A stretch of DNA of 64,000 nucleotides, taken from contig JBEGVS010000064.1 of the NCBI GenBank assembly GCA_041178185.1, positions 64,693 to 128,692 on the forward strand, read 5' to 3'. Made by a program: the position numbers and the translations under genes. This DNA comes from Pseudomonadota bacterium. Its GTDB lineage: Bacteria > Bdellovibrionota_C > UBA2361 > OMII01. Below the pieces are notes generated by a model. That model was given only the letters and a program-made list of their open reading frames with translations. It searched no databases and had not been told where the DNA came from. Of this stretch, positions 21,921-33,434 are shown in pieces. Numbering within the stretch: position 1 is the first letter of the stretch; every line of letters begins with the position of its first letter.

Positions 21921-23588
21921 CTACCTCCGGGTTGCCCCAACCCACATGAACCGAGACGATACCATTCCATCGGTTGTTTCCATATACGTATACACCTGCC
22001 TTCCCGAAGGTACCGAGAATTTAACCAGCACCTGATATTCCCCGTCGTCATTGGTAACGACCTGTGCAACCGTCTTTTCCTGAACCACCAGGTTTAGCTT
22101 GACTGCTCCTATCGGCATTCCCGTATCCGAGAGCACCCTTCCACTCACTCGAGAGATCCTCTCTCGTCCGGAGCGTACGAGCTCGCGACGCACGGATATT
22201 CGAGCCGGTAATTTCCCCGGATCGGCGACGGGAGGCTCAGGAGCTGCCGTCGGACCAGGGGCAGGCGCCTGGCGCGGGGTCATCATCTCTGTAGAGAGGC
22301 ACCGACTGTACCTCGACAGATGATTGGAAATTTCCTGTACGCTTACACTTGAGAACCTCGTCGCTGATGGGATCGATATGCTTGGATACATGAGCCCGCC
22401 TCTATCACTCACGTCGTGGAACCCTCCGAAATTGTGTCCGAGCTCGTGAGCAAAGATGCCAGGTAGCGCTGCGTCTACGTAGGATTGCGTAACACCGAAT
22501 GCCAACGCTGGCGCGGCACAGACGGTCCCGATGTAGGCGATACCGATGACGCTTCCATCGAGATCCTTGCCGGTAAAGAGATGCTTGAGATCGACCTGGT
22601 CATGGAAGTCGGCGTCCGCCGTGCTCAAGTTGGCTCGGTTCTCCGAGTTTCCGGTAAACACCTTCAATAACGTCGCCGCATCGGTCATGGTATACGGCGA
22701 ACTTTGCGTATACACATGTTGTTTCACCAAGCGAAATCTGATGTTTAATTGAGAATCATAGATGGCTTCGGCGGTGTTGAGGATACTAGCAATAACCGCA
22801 TTACTGGATTCGCCGTACTTCGCATACCACTCAGGATCAGCGTCCGTGCTGATAGTAATAACCCGCGTTGATTTTGCCTCACCAGGTTCCCCAACGGGCG
22901 ATTCCTCGGTAGCAATCGGCATAATCGTATACTCAGTATGTTCCTCTGCGTGTTGATGAACGGCTTCAGCGATACTGACCGAACCTACGGCAGCTCCGCA
23001 TGCCCCTCGATGAAAAGCATGAGCGGGTACGCTGGTAACGCGCGCGGACACCTTAATGGATCCATTCAGCAATACGCGTACCGTGTAGATACGCTGGCGA
23101 CTCTGACGGGAGCCGGTAGCTCTTCCCGGAATAGTGATCTTCAATTCTTTGTTGATAACGGAAGCTGCGGTGGCATACACCCGGCGCCCCTTGCGGATCG
23201 TTCCTCCCCCAACTGCCACCTTACCCCGCAAGAGGAGCGGCTCCGTTGAGTCGATATACTTGGTACCACGCCGATCGACGACTGAGGTCCAGGTCTTATT
23301 TCTTCGAAGATTAAAGCGCGCATCGATTCTTCCAAGGTTCGCGACGCGACCTGAAACCTTTACGCTGGGGATGACATCAAAGGCTTTTGCGGAAGAGGCC
23401 CGCACGACAACGTCCCGTAACCCATGAACCTCAAGCGAGGCTCGGTAGGGTGAGGTCGCAGCGCGAGCTGACTGTGGCGCTACAACTGTCAAAAACGTTA
23501 GTAAAACCAAAGAGAACTGCTGGAGCAAACAGCCACTTCTCATAACCTTCTCCACTCTTTTGCAGGCATCCATTCCTACGGCGGACAA
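21921..23588 (-). CDS. secreted reprolysin/adamalysin-like (M12B metzincin) zinc metalloprotease with a C-terminal carboxypeptidase-regulatory-like beta domain
   Basis: FAHELGHNFGGFHD matches the HExxHxxGxxHD metzincin motif; N-terminal signal peptide; the C-terminus GRVLSDTGMPIGAVKLNLVV...DDGEYQV is CarbopepD_reg-like. Confidence 0.7.
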   Translation of the reverse strand: MSAVGMDACKRVEKVMRSGCLLQQFSLVLLTFLTVVAPQSARAATSPYRASLEVHGLRDVVVRASSAKAFDVIPSVKVSGRVANLGRIDARFNLRRNKTWTSVVDRRGTKYIDSTEPLLLRGKVAVGGGTIRKGRRVYATAASVINKELKITIPGRATGSRQSRQRIYTVRVLLNGSIKVSARVTSVPAHAFHRGACGAAVGSVSIAEAVHQHAEEHTEYTIMPIATEESPVGEPGEAKSTRVITISTDADPEWYAKYGESSNAVIASILNTAEAIYDSQLNIRFRLVKQHVYTQSSPYTMTDAATLLKVFTGNSENRANLSTADADFHDQVDLKHLFTGKDLDGSVIGIAYIGTVCAAPALAFGVTQSYVDAALPGIFAHELGHNFGGFHDVSDRGGLMYPSISIPSATRFSSVSVQEISNHLSRYSRCLSTEMMTPRQAPAPGPTAAPEPPVADPGKLPARISVRRELVRSGRERISRVSGRVLSDTGMPIGAVKLNLVVQEKTVAQVVTNDDGEYQVLVKFSVPSGRQVYTYMETTDGMVSSRFMWVGATRR

Positions 23589-23720
23589 CGCGTGAGCGTC
23601 TCCTTCTTACGATGCCCCTCGGAGAAGGAGGGCTCGAAAATTTTTTCAAAAAATTTACAACCCTTGTGCGAATCCCCTGGGAGCAGCTACATAAGCTAGG
23701 AAAGACGACGGAAGTGGCGG

Positions 23721-24965
23721 ATGACACGAGCCACCCTAAGCTACCCCTCCTGTATGAATCGTTACGCCGCTCATCCCCTTAGAAAGATCGCCCACTTACT
23801 GTTGTATGCCGTTTTTGTTTCCTCAGGGTGTGGTCGACCAACCGTTGTCTCTCCAGAAAATGCTTTTCGTTCAATCGAGGCTCACCGTCTCGATATCTCC
23901 GACGACCTCGGCTTTGAGGGACTTGAAGCGGCGATTTCGCTCCAAAGGGAGACGCTCCGAAAAAGTGGGGATACCCCTATGAAATTCGGCACTGAGAGCA
24001 TCTCACGGTCGGAATACAGCGTAGCCCTCGACGCACTCTCAACTATGCTCAAGAGCCCTCGAACGCAAACCGAGAAGCTCACCTATATCCGAGACAATTT
24101 CCGATTTCTTGAATGGTATGGCGGAAGCGATTGGGGGGAGATCCTCCTCACCAGTTATTTCGAACCTATCATTCCAGGCAGCACTACGCGCACCACTCAG
24201 TTCTCTCAGCCGCTTTACGCCAAACCTGACGACCTTGTGGTAATCGACCTCAAAAAATTTTCGGAACGTTTCAAAGACGAATCAAACTTGCGAGGACGAA
24301 TCCATGCGGGAACGGTCACTCCGTACTTCTCAAGGGAGGAGATAGATACCGGACATGCACTCAAGGGAAGAAAGCTTGAGCTGTGCTGGGTCGATCCAAC
24401 AGATGCCTTCTTTCTCCATATTCAGGGATCAGGCACCGTGCGACTTCCGGATGACAGGGAGCTTTTTATAACCTACGCAGAGAAAAACGGGCGCCGCTAT
24501 GAGCCGATCGGCAAATACCTCAAGGAGCAGCTCGCCCCGCTGCCCGTTACCATGCAACGAATCGAGCAAGTCACGAAATCCATGTCCCCTGAAGAGCGGT
24601 CGAAGCTCTTCGCAAAGAATCCAAGTTATGTCTTCTTCAATATATCGAAGCGACGAGCGATTACCTCCCTCGGTGTACCGGCGACGCCGGGACGGACCAT
24701 CGCAGTAGATTCCAAATTTGCGCCGAAGGGCTCCCTGGCACTCATTACCTTCAATAAACCTGAGGTAGACCAACCTGAGTCACCAGACTCCGGCATGCCT
24801 CCGACAACTCGTGTCTCACGATTCGTTTTGGATCAGGACTCTGGTGGCGCGATCACCGGCACGGATCACGTAGATCTCTTTTGGGGACGAGGAGAGGAGG
24901 CGAAAAAGGTAGCAGGAATTCTTCAGGATAAAGCTCGAATAGTGTTCCTCATACCGAAACGATAA
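23721..24965 (+). CDS. mltA: membrane-bound lytic murein transglycosylase A
   Basis: The MltA core motif EWYGGSDWGEILLTSYFEPII and a C-terminal 3D domain (GRTIAVDSKFAP...GGAITGTDHVDLFWGRGEEA). Confidence 0.75.
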   Translation: MTRATLSYPSCMNRYAAHPLRKIAHLLLYAVFVSSGCGRPTVVSPENAFRSIEAHRLDISDDLGFEGLEAAISLQRETLRKSGDTPMKFGTESISRSEYSVALDALSTMLKSPRTQTEKLTYIRDNFRFLEWYGGSDWGEILLTSYFEPIIPGSTTRTTQFSQPLYAKPDDLVVIDLKKFSERFKDESNLRGRIHAGTVTPYFSREEIDTGHALKGRKLELCWVDPTDAFFLHIQGSGTVRLPDDRELFITYAEKNGRRYEPIGKYLKEQLAPLPVTMQRIEQVTKSMSPEERSKLFAKNPSYVFFNISKRRAITSLGVPATPGRTIAVDSKFAPKGSLALITFNKPEVDQPESPDSGMPPTTRVSRFVLDQDSGGAITGTDHVDLFWGRGEEAKKVAGILQDKARIVFLIPKR

Positions 24966-24970
24966 GACGC

Positions 24971-25498
24971 CTATTGATCCTCCTCCTCCTCAATACTGGG
25001 CACAACAACTCCCGGAGCGATGGCTGGTTGCCCACCCCTTTGAGGGGGGACAGCATTTGGAATTAAACCGGCAAGATTAGGATCACTTGAGGGAGGCGCT
25101 CCACCCGATGCCGGACCATCCGGACCCGAAGGGATCTCTCGTACGATGTCACGCAGAATATCCTTTGAGTCATCTGCTTCAGGGGCAACGTTTTTGACCG
25201 GCTGCTCAACCGTAACCTTCTTCACCTGCGGCTGATGCCCTACCTCACCCGTTCTGAATGAGGACACCTTGCCATGCTTGAACACCACTTGTGCGCCACT
25301 CTTGTAGTTCCACACCAGCTCCTGTTTTACCCCTCGAACGACACGCTCCGAGGGCTCGCCCCATGCGGCAAGAACCTCACGAAGCGACGCCCCTACGGCG
25401 ATTCTCTCGTCGCGTCTCGACTGAGCTTCGCTCGATGAAGCCCCGCAGCACGCCACCAGACATATTCCCATCACCAAGCTACGAAAGATGCCCCTCAT
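24971..25498 (-). CDS. hypothetical secreted protein with a Pro-rich C-terminus
   Basis: Signal peptide MGICLVACCGASSSEA and a proline-rich tail. Confidence 0.45.
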   Translation of the reverse strand: MRGIFRSLVMGICLVACCGASSSEAQSRRDERIAVGASLREVLAAWGEPSERVVRGVKQELVWNYKSGAQVVFKHGKVSSFRTGEVGHQPQVKKVTVEQPVKNVAPEADDSKDILRDIVREIPSGPDGPASGGAPPSSDPNLAGLIPNAVPPQRGGQPAIAPGVVVPSIEEEEDQ

Positions 25499-25655
25499 GT
25501 CGCTTCCTCTGTGGTTGAACCTGCACTAAAGGCCGATTCGATATACACGGCGGTAGAAACCCGCCTCTACAGCTCACCGTCTCTGGTATCGGCAGATGTG
25601 ACAAAATCCCTGAGAGGTATTGAAACACTCAAATGATAACGAGCCAATGGCCCAT

Positions 25656-27053
25656 TTATGAACGAGGTTTGAGATATAGAGAGAATGTCGAACCCTGTCC
25701 TAACACGCTTTGGACATCTACGCGTCCCCCGTGTACTTGGGCGATATGCTTGACGATCGCAAGGCCGAGGCCGGTCCCACCCATCTGGCGACTCCGTCCT
25801 TGGTCTACACGGTAAAATCGCTCAAAAAGACGGGGGAGATGTGCCGACTCAATACCGGGACCTGTGTCGGCAACCATACATCGTATGTATTCTCCCTGTC
25901 GCTCAACCCCGATATCCACCTTCGTTCCCGCATCAGAATACTTGATAGCATTGTCTATCAGGTTCACGAAGGCTTGTTGCAGCAAACTGGAGTTCACAGC
26001 GACGCGGATATCATCGCCTATTGAGGAGCTCACCGTTATAGATTTAGCTGCGGCGTTAGCCGCACACACCTCTATCGCCTCTCGCACGATGTCAGCGATC
26101 TTATGATTTGAAAGGTCTATGCCCTCATGCTGATCGCCTGCTTCCAAGCGTGAAAGCACCAAGAGATCATTAAAGATAGCATGCAATCTCTCCGCGTGCT
26201 TCGCGATGATACCCAAAAACCTGTTAAGAGACTCAGGCTCATGCATCGCACCATCGAGGAGGGTTTCGGCGAAGCCCTTAATCGACGTCACGGGTGTGCG
26301 TAGCTCATGCGAGACATTCGCGACGAAGTCCCGTCGGACATTCTCCAGTTTATGCATGCGGGTCATGTCCCTCAGCACAATCAGGGTACCTGACGATGAG
26401 CCATCATCTTGGAAGAGCGGGGACCCATACATGTCTAGGATCGTCTGAGGCTCCTGGCGTAACTCAACGGTCCGAGTGGTAGGAACCATCGAGGAGGAAG
26501 CCTCTCTCATGAACCGCCGAATCTCATCGATGGTAATGATATCATCAATTGCCTCCCCTTCTACGTACGCCTTGGAGATTCCGAGAAGACCTCTCGCAGC
26601 TTCATTCACCCGTCGAATCTTTCCCTCTGAGTCAACAGTAATAACCCCCTCGGTCATACTTCGTAGGATTGCATCTTGCTCGCGGCTTAACTGAGAGAGC
26701 GCTCGCACACGCTCCTGGAGCTGTGTGGCCATATCATTCAGACCCTCCGTCAGAGCGCGAAGACGCCTCCGTCGAGGGATCTCAACAGGCTTCTCGAAGC
26801 TCCCCTCGGCGAAACGAGCTGTAGCTTCCTCAACGCGCTTGAGGGCCTCTTCACTGAGATATGAAAGCCTCAATCCTCCACATACCGCGATAACTATGGA
26901 CATGAGGGAGGCCGCAACTGATGCCCTTGAGATCTCCGGCGTAACGAGCAGCTGAAGCATGAGGGGCACCGAGGCGATGAGAGCTATCGCTCCTCCCCAC
27001 ACTACAAATCGACTGAATCCCACCATCCTCATGCCGCTCAACTTAACAAACAC
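25656..27053 (-). CDS. sensor histidine kinase (PhoR-like: TM, HAMP, PAS, HisKA, HATPase_c)
   Basis: H-box SHELRTP, N-box NLIDNAIKYS, and G-boxes DTGPGI and GGTGLGLAI. Confidence 0.85.
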   Translation of the reverse strand: MFVKLSGMRMVGFSRFVVWGGAIALIASVPLMLQLLVTPEISRASVAASLMSIVIAVCGGLRLSYLSEEALKRVEEATARFAEGSFEKPVEIPRRRRLRALTEGLNDMATQLQERVRALSQLSREQDAILRSMTEGVITVDSEGKIRRVNEAARGLLGISKAYVEGEAIDDIITIDEIRRFMREASSSMVPTTRTVELRQEPQTILDMYGSPLFQDDGSSSGTLIVLRDMTRMHKLENVRRDFVANVSHELRTPVTSIKGFAETLLDGAMHEPESLNRFLGIIAKHAERLHAIFNDLLVLSRLEAGDQHEGIDLSNHKIADIVREAIEVCAANAAAKSITVSSSIGDDIRVAVNSSLLQQAFVNLIDNAIKYSDAGTKVDIGVERQGEYIRCMVADTGPGIESAHLPRLFERFYRVDQGRSRQMGGTGLGLAIVKHIAQVHGGRVDVQSVLGQGSTFSLYLKPRS

Positions 27054-27083
27054 ATACTTCCGAGCGCCACACCGAAGGTATCT

Positions 27084-27767
27084 CTAGCCTTTAAAACGGT
27101 AGCCAACTCCTCGAACGGTCTCTACCAAAGCGCCTATCTCTCCGAGTTTCTTGCGAAGTCCTACCACCTGAACATCGACCGAGCGATCCGTGACTGGGTA
27201 ATCATCCCCATGAACTCCGTCGACTATCTGAGTGCGCGTGAAAACCACACCAGGTTGACGCATTAAGAAATGAAGGAGCTTGAATTCAGTATTCGTAAGC
27301 TCCACAAGGTGGTCAGCTACATGCACCTCCCTTCGGGTAGGGTTGACCTTCAGTCCCTCAATCGAAAGGGTGGCGTCCGGCGCTACGGGAGATGCTCCCA
27401 CACGCCGAATAACGCTCTTAACCCTGGCCAGAAGTACGCCCGGGCTAAATGGCTTCGCCACATAGTCGTCAGCCCCCAGCTCGAGGCCGGCGACAACATC
27501 CTTCTCCTCCCCCAAGGCCGAGATCATGACGATGGGAATCTTTGATAACCTCGGACTACCCTTGAGGCGGCGACACACCTCCAAGCCATCCATACCCGGG
27601 AGCATAATATCAAGAACTAGCAAGATCGGGTTTATCTCCTGCGCAATCTGTAACGCTTCCTCTCCCGTTCCAGCAGTCATGACGTTATATCCCGCCCTAG
27701 AGAGGTTGTAGGTGACAAGCTCTCTGATATCCTCTTCGTCATCCACAACTAAGATAACATCTTTCAT
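27084..27767 (-). CDS. OmpR/PhoB-family response regulator
   Basis: ILVVDDEEDIRELV receiver domain followed by a winged-helix C-terminus (VRGVGYRF). Confidence 0.9.
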   Translation of the reverse strand: MKDVILVVDDEEDIRELVTYNLSRAGYNVMTAGTGEEALQIAQEINPILLVLDIMLPGMDGLEVCRRLKGSPRLSKIPIVMISALGEEKDVVAGLELGADDYVAKPFSPGVLLARVKSVIRRVGASPVAPDATLSIEGLKVNPTRREVHVADHLVELTNTEFKLLHFLMRQPGVVFTRTQIVDGVHGDDYPVTDRSVDVQVVGLRKKLGEIGALVETVRGVGYRFKG

Positions 27768-27899
27768 AGTTTAGGCTTCCTGCGGTTTAAAACTTGGCTC
27801 TGCTCAAAATTGTATCTCTTTCACATGGGAAGGTATCGCAAGAACCGCAAACTCACCGAAAATTAACAGTTCAGACCCCTCTCTCGTCATCACCCTTTC

Positions 27900-27917
27900 G
27901 AGAGAGAGAGAGAGAGA
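27900..27917. repeat. (GA)9 dinucleotide microsatellite in the divergent promoter region between the PhoB-like regulator and ridA
   Basis: gagagagagagagagaga read directly from the sequence. Confidence 0.9.
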
Positions 27918-28061
27918 CCTTGGCACGACACATCACCGCCCTCGCGTTGGAGGATGACCATGGCTCGCCACCGTTGATTGCAACACAAAAAACACCTTTC
28001 TATGAGGGACTATCCGAGACTATGCTACCTCCACAATCGCCACAACCGAGAGGTAACTGAC

Positions 28062-28454
28062 ATGGGAACTAAGATCGAGTGCTTTGAGTCTATCACCAAC
28101 GCGCCTAAGGCGGTCGGCCCATATTCTCCGGTTGTGAGAGCTGGAAACCTCGTATTCCTGTCAGGCCAGGTGGGCATACATCCCGAGACCTCGCAATTAG
28201 TGGGAGCTGGCATCCAAGAGCAAACCGAGCAGGTTCTAAAGAATCTTCAAACAGTGCTGGCAGGGGTCGGACTCTCGTTTAAGGATGTCGTAAAGAGCGT
28301 TATCTTCCTGACAGACCTCTCGAATTTTCAGACCGTTAACAAGATCTACGGAGAGGCGCTTCAGGGCCATAAACCTGCGCGCTCAACCATCCAAGTGAGC
28401 GCCCTACCGCTCGGCGCGATCGTTGAGATAGAGATGATTGCAGTAGCGGGTTAG
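28062..28454 (+). CDS. ridA: RidA/YjgF-family reactive-intermediate deaminase
   Basis: APKAVGPYSPVVRAGNLVFLSGQ...IEMIAV. The ATG at 28062 is preceded by GAGAGG; the track's longer ORF begins in the upstream intergenic region. Confidence 0.85.
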   Translation: MGTKIECFESITNAPKAVGPYSPVVRAGNLVFLSGQVGIHPETSQLVGAGIQEQTEQVLKNLQTVLAGVGLSFKDVVKSVIFLTDLSNFQTVNKIYGEALQGHKPARSTIQVSALPLGAIVEIEMIAVAG

Positions 28455-28659
28455 CGTTTGTGCGCTGTCGGCGCATAGCCCCCTCGCACGCGGTGCTCCG
28501 AGCGTCCTTCGTGCAGCACGAGAAAAAACTCCAACAGAGAGGACGTTTCCACTCGGTTGTGTCGCTACACAAACACAAATTCGGATCTCTTAATTAAATT
28601 TGATCAACACGAGAAGACTGGGCAGAGCCTAAAGTGAATGGCGGAGGGAGGATCGTTGC

Positions 28660-28688
28660 GGGGTCTACTCCGCGCGGGAGTAGACCCC
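28660..28688. other. perfect 12-bp GC-rich hairpin (GGGGTCTACTCC gcgcg GGAGTAGACCCC) with no U-tract on either strand
   Basis: An inverted repeat read directly from the sequence. It lies inside a 600-bp ORF-free convergent intergenic region. Confidence 0.5.
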
Positions 28689-29052
28689 ACTCCGAAGAAG
28701 CAAATTAGGGAACCAGAACCAACTACTTAAAACCCTGTCAAAGTGCGCAAGTAGATACGCTTCACAATGTGAAGACCTCGCTCACCAGTACGACAGAAGT
28801 AATTCCTATAGCCGACATGGATCACCTCCTTTCTCAAAGCAGGCCCCCTTCCCTATAGGAGAGAAGGTTCGCCTGAACTAGGCGACCGAACTTAGATCAT
28901 CCGTTGAAAGACGATCGAGAACTTGGAATTAGAATGAAGAGGGAACGAAGATAGCGCAATGACTAAAATGCGATTGCACTCAAACTTTTCCCTCTTGCGT
29001 GCGTTCAATCTGAATCCGCGCTGTGGGAATTCCAACGAGCTCTTCAACGCAG

Positions 29053-30249
29053 CTACTCAACCAACAACATCAGCCCTTTGAGATAGTCTCCCTCGGGATG
29101 AAAGATGCTCGTCGGATGACATGGAGCTTGATGCAGGAAATCAACAATGCGCACAAACCTTCCTGCAGAGACCGCCGCACGCATCACCGCGTCTCGAAAC
29201 ATCTCTCGCGATATAAGCTGCGAGCATGAAAAGGTAGCGAGCGTTCCGCCCGGTTTAATTTTCTTGAGAGCCAGCGCATTGATCGTCTCATACCCTCGCA
29301 TCGCCCGCTGAACCGCCCTTTGGTGCTTAGCGAAGGCCGGAGGATCGAGCACGATCAGGTCGAATGTATCTGGAATTTGCGTGAGGTAGCTGAAACAGTC
29401 GGCGACTTCGGCGTGATGAGGAGCACTCGCAAAGTTGGCCACAACGTTCTGTCGACAGAGATCGATAGCTGACTTTGAGGCGTCCACCGAGGTGACAGAC
29501 TCGGCCCCGCCTGCAAACGCGTACACCGAAAACGCGCCGGTGTAGCAGAAGGCGTTCAAAACGTGTTTACCACCCGCCGCATCTCGAATCTTTTGTCGAT
29601 TAACCCTCTGGTCAAGAAAAAATCCGGTCTTTTGACCCGCGGTGATGTCTGCCAAAAAGCGCAACCCATTCTCTGAGAATGAGACGACCTGCGAGGGCTC
29701 CGCCACCATCGGCTCACCCTCTCCATCCCCGCTGGCCTCCTCTATTTGAGATTCCACTCGACGGAATACAACCTTTGAGAGACCTAGTTCGGCTATCTCC
29801 AGAAGGCTCTCCTGGATCGATTCTTTAACCCGCCACATGCCAGCCGAGTGGCATTGCACCACTGCGGTATCACCGTATAAATCTATGACGAGACCCGGTA
29901 ACTCATCCCCCTCAGCGTGAACCAATCGAAATCCATTGGTCGAGGGATTCCCGACAAGCCCTAGCCGCTGTCGCACCTGCGCGGCGTTGAGGATCTTCGC
30001 ATGAAGCAACTCTCCCTCGTCCCTCACCTCTTCAAAGGAGAGAAGTCGAACGGCGATCCCACGAGTTCCCCAGTGGCCACACCCCAGCAAAGCGCCATCT
30101 TTGGAACGAACATCGACGAGACAACCTCGCTGTAACGTGCCTCTACGATCGGCTATAGCCCCCGAAAATATCCATGGGTGGCGACGCTTGACGGCTGATT
30201 CTCGACCTTGACGAAGGACTACAACGGGACGCGCGGATTTTTCACTCAT
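29053..30249 (-). CDS. rlmI: RlmI/RlmK-type class I SAM-dependent 23S rRNA methyltransferase (PUA-like N-terminus + MTase)
   Basis: A 398 aa ORF with an N-terminal PUA-like region and a C-terminal Rossmann MTase (VLNAFCYTGAFSV, DPPAF). Confidence 0.8.
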   Translation of the reverse strand: MSEKSARPVVVLRQGRESAVKRRHPWIFSGAIADRRGTLQRGCLVDVRSKDGALLGCGHWGTRGIAVRLLSFEEVRDEGELLHAKILNAAQVRQRLGLVGNPSTNGFRLVHAEGDELPGLVIDLYGDTAVVQCHSAGMWRVKESIQESLLEIAELGLSKVVFRRVESQIEEASGDGEGEPMVAEPSQVVSFSENGLRFLADITAGQKTGFFLDQRVNRQKIRDAAGGKHVLNAFCYTGAFSVYAFAGGAESVTSVDASKSAIDLCRQNVVANFASAPHHAEVADCFSYLTQIPDTFDLIVLDPPAFAKHQRAVQRAMRGYETINALALKKIKPGGTLATFSCSQLISREMFRDAVMRAAVSAGRFVRIVDFLHQAPCHPTSIFHPEGDYLKGLMLLVE

Positions 30250-30602
30250 GAAGGGGCCTATGCATTACAACCTGACGCGCCCATACCTTGGGCACGTAGC
30301 GTACTAGTCGTATCACAAACGCTGATAGACCGGTCAACGCTTGCCCAGATCGGGCCGACGGCTCAAGCCGTGCTGGAATGTTAGCCTAGGTTGATGAGAG
30401 ATGCGAGGCAAAACCCTGCGTAGAACGGGGAGCTCCTAAGGATTATGGAGAACTGGCATGAAAACTGGGGGCCAGAACCGCCCTCTGGCCCGCTTCCGCC
30501 CCCGCTTACGATGCGCCACGAGCACACGGCGCCCAAAGCTCCAGCTTCGCGAAACCGTTCGGCGTCGGGTTCGGGTCCTAACCCGACGCCGCTCCGATAC
30601 AC

Positions 30603-31406
30603 TTACTCAGGAGCCGGCTCTTTCGAACCACCTGAGTAGCGCCGTCCATTGATCGTTATTCTGCTGTGAACATCAGCAACCCCCTCCACATCGAGGATCG
30701 TGGCGAGAACCTCATCGACTTGACGATGATTAGAGAGTTGCCCGTCAACGGTAGCAACACCGTCTCGCACAGCAACCTGCAAATCCTTCATCAACCTCGG
30801 GTACTCCTCGCTAAGGGTGCGCCGTATCGAAGCTTCGAGGTCGGCGTCGGAGAGGTGCGCGCCCGGTCGGATACCTTGTATGACGAGTTGATCGGAGACC
30901 GGGCGCTTGGCGATCGAAGCAGCAGAGGAAACTATCTTCTCTCGCGTCGCCTGGGAGTCAACAGTTCCCCGTAGAACCACCCTTTCCGGCTCCGTAAAAA
31001 CCGAAACATTATAGCGACCATGAGGGACATCGCGCCGAAACGCCTCCTCCATGCGGGTAATCTCCTCAGTTCGACGGTTTTGTGGCGAGGTCGAAACGGC
31101 GAGACGATTATCCACTCGAGAAACTCCGTGAGCCCGCTCTGCCGCCTCTTGAACACGACGACGAGCCTCTTCACTTTCGACATATCCCTCAAGGCGAATC
31201 TCACCGCGCCCACGGTTATCGATATCGATGTTGTGTGGGCCGATCGGTGGCTGGAGCATCGCTATCCGATCGCTTACGTCGTTGTTGACCTCCCGCCAGT
31301 CGGCCCCACGGGCATCCCCGATCCCGTACAAACCGAGTACCGCAAGGGTGCACCCTACGAACATAGACCGATAAACTCTTGAGTGTGCGCGGGCTTTCAT
31401 AGACAC
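30603..31406 (-). CDS. BON-domain (OsmY-like) periplasmic protein with three BON repeats
   Basis: Signal peptide and three tandem BON-like segments. Confidence 0.75.
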   Translation of the reverse strand: MSMKARAHSRVYRSMFVGCTLAVLGLYGIGDARGADWREVNNDVSDRIAMLQPPIGPHNIDIDNRGRGEIRLEGYVESEEARRRVQEAAERAHGVSRVDNRLAVSTSPQNRRTEEITRMEEAFRRDVPHGRYNVSVFTEPERVVLRGTVDSQATREKIVSSAASIAKRPVSDQLVIQGIRPGAHLSDADLEASIRRTLSEEYPRLMKDLQVAVRDGVATVDGQLSNHRQVDEVLATILDVEGVADVHSRITINGRRYSGGSKEPAPE

Positions 31407-31665
31407 CTCTCCTTATTGCCGTGGAACCTGACTCCACAAAAACCTAGTCACCATGCACTATGGTGCTCCTGGATGGTATGACGCACAACGGCCTTCTCCC
31501 ACCATCTAGCCCTTGAGCCACCGCAGAAGTCCCGCCCTCATCTCAGAGGAGTCGCTAACTTATTGATATAAATAGCTTGAAACCTTCACTTTTCCGGACT
31601 CTGTAATTGTCTTAGCCGGCTAGAAAAGGGATACTACGGAAGGCTCTCAAAGCCGGCAGCGTTGA

Positions 31666-33432
<1,767 letters not shown>

Positions 33433-33434
33433 CT

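Noticed and set aside
25710-26955. Several + strand ORFs inside the histidine-kinase gene, and 27270-27711 inside the response-regulator gene.
   Set aside because: They are antisense to well-supported two-component genes.
28455-29052. RNase P RNA, tmRNA, SRP RNA or a true 16S gene in the ORF-free gap.
   Set aside because: Their consensus motifs (GGAAAGTCCGG, 3' CCACCA plus a tRNA-like end, the SRP GGAA tetraloop region) are not found. Only the terminal 16 nt of 16S match.
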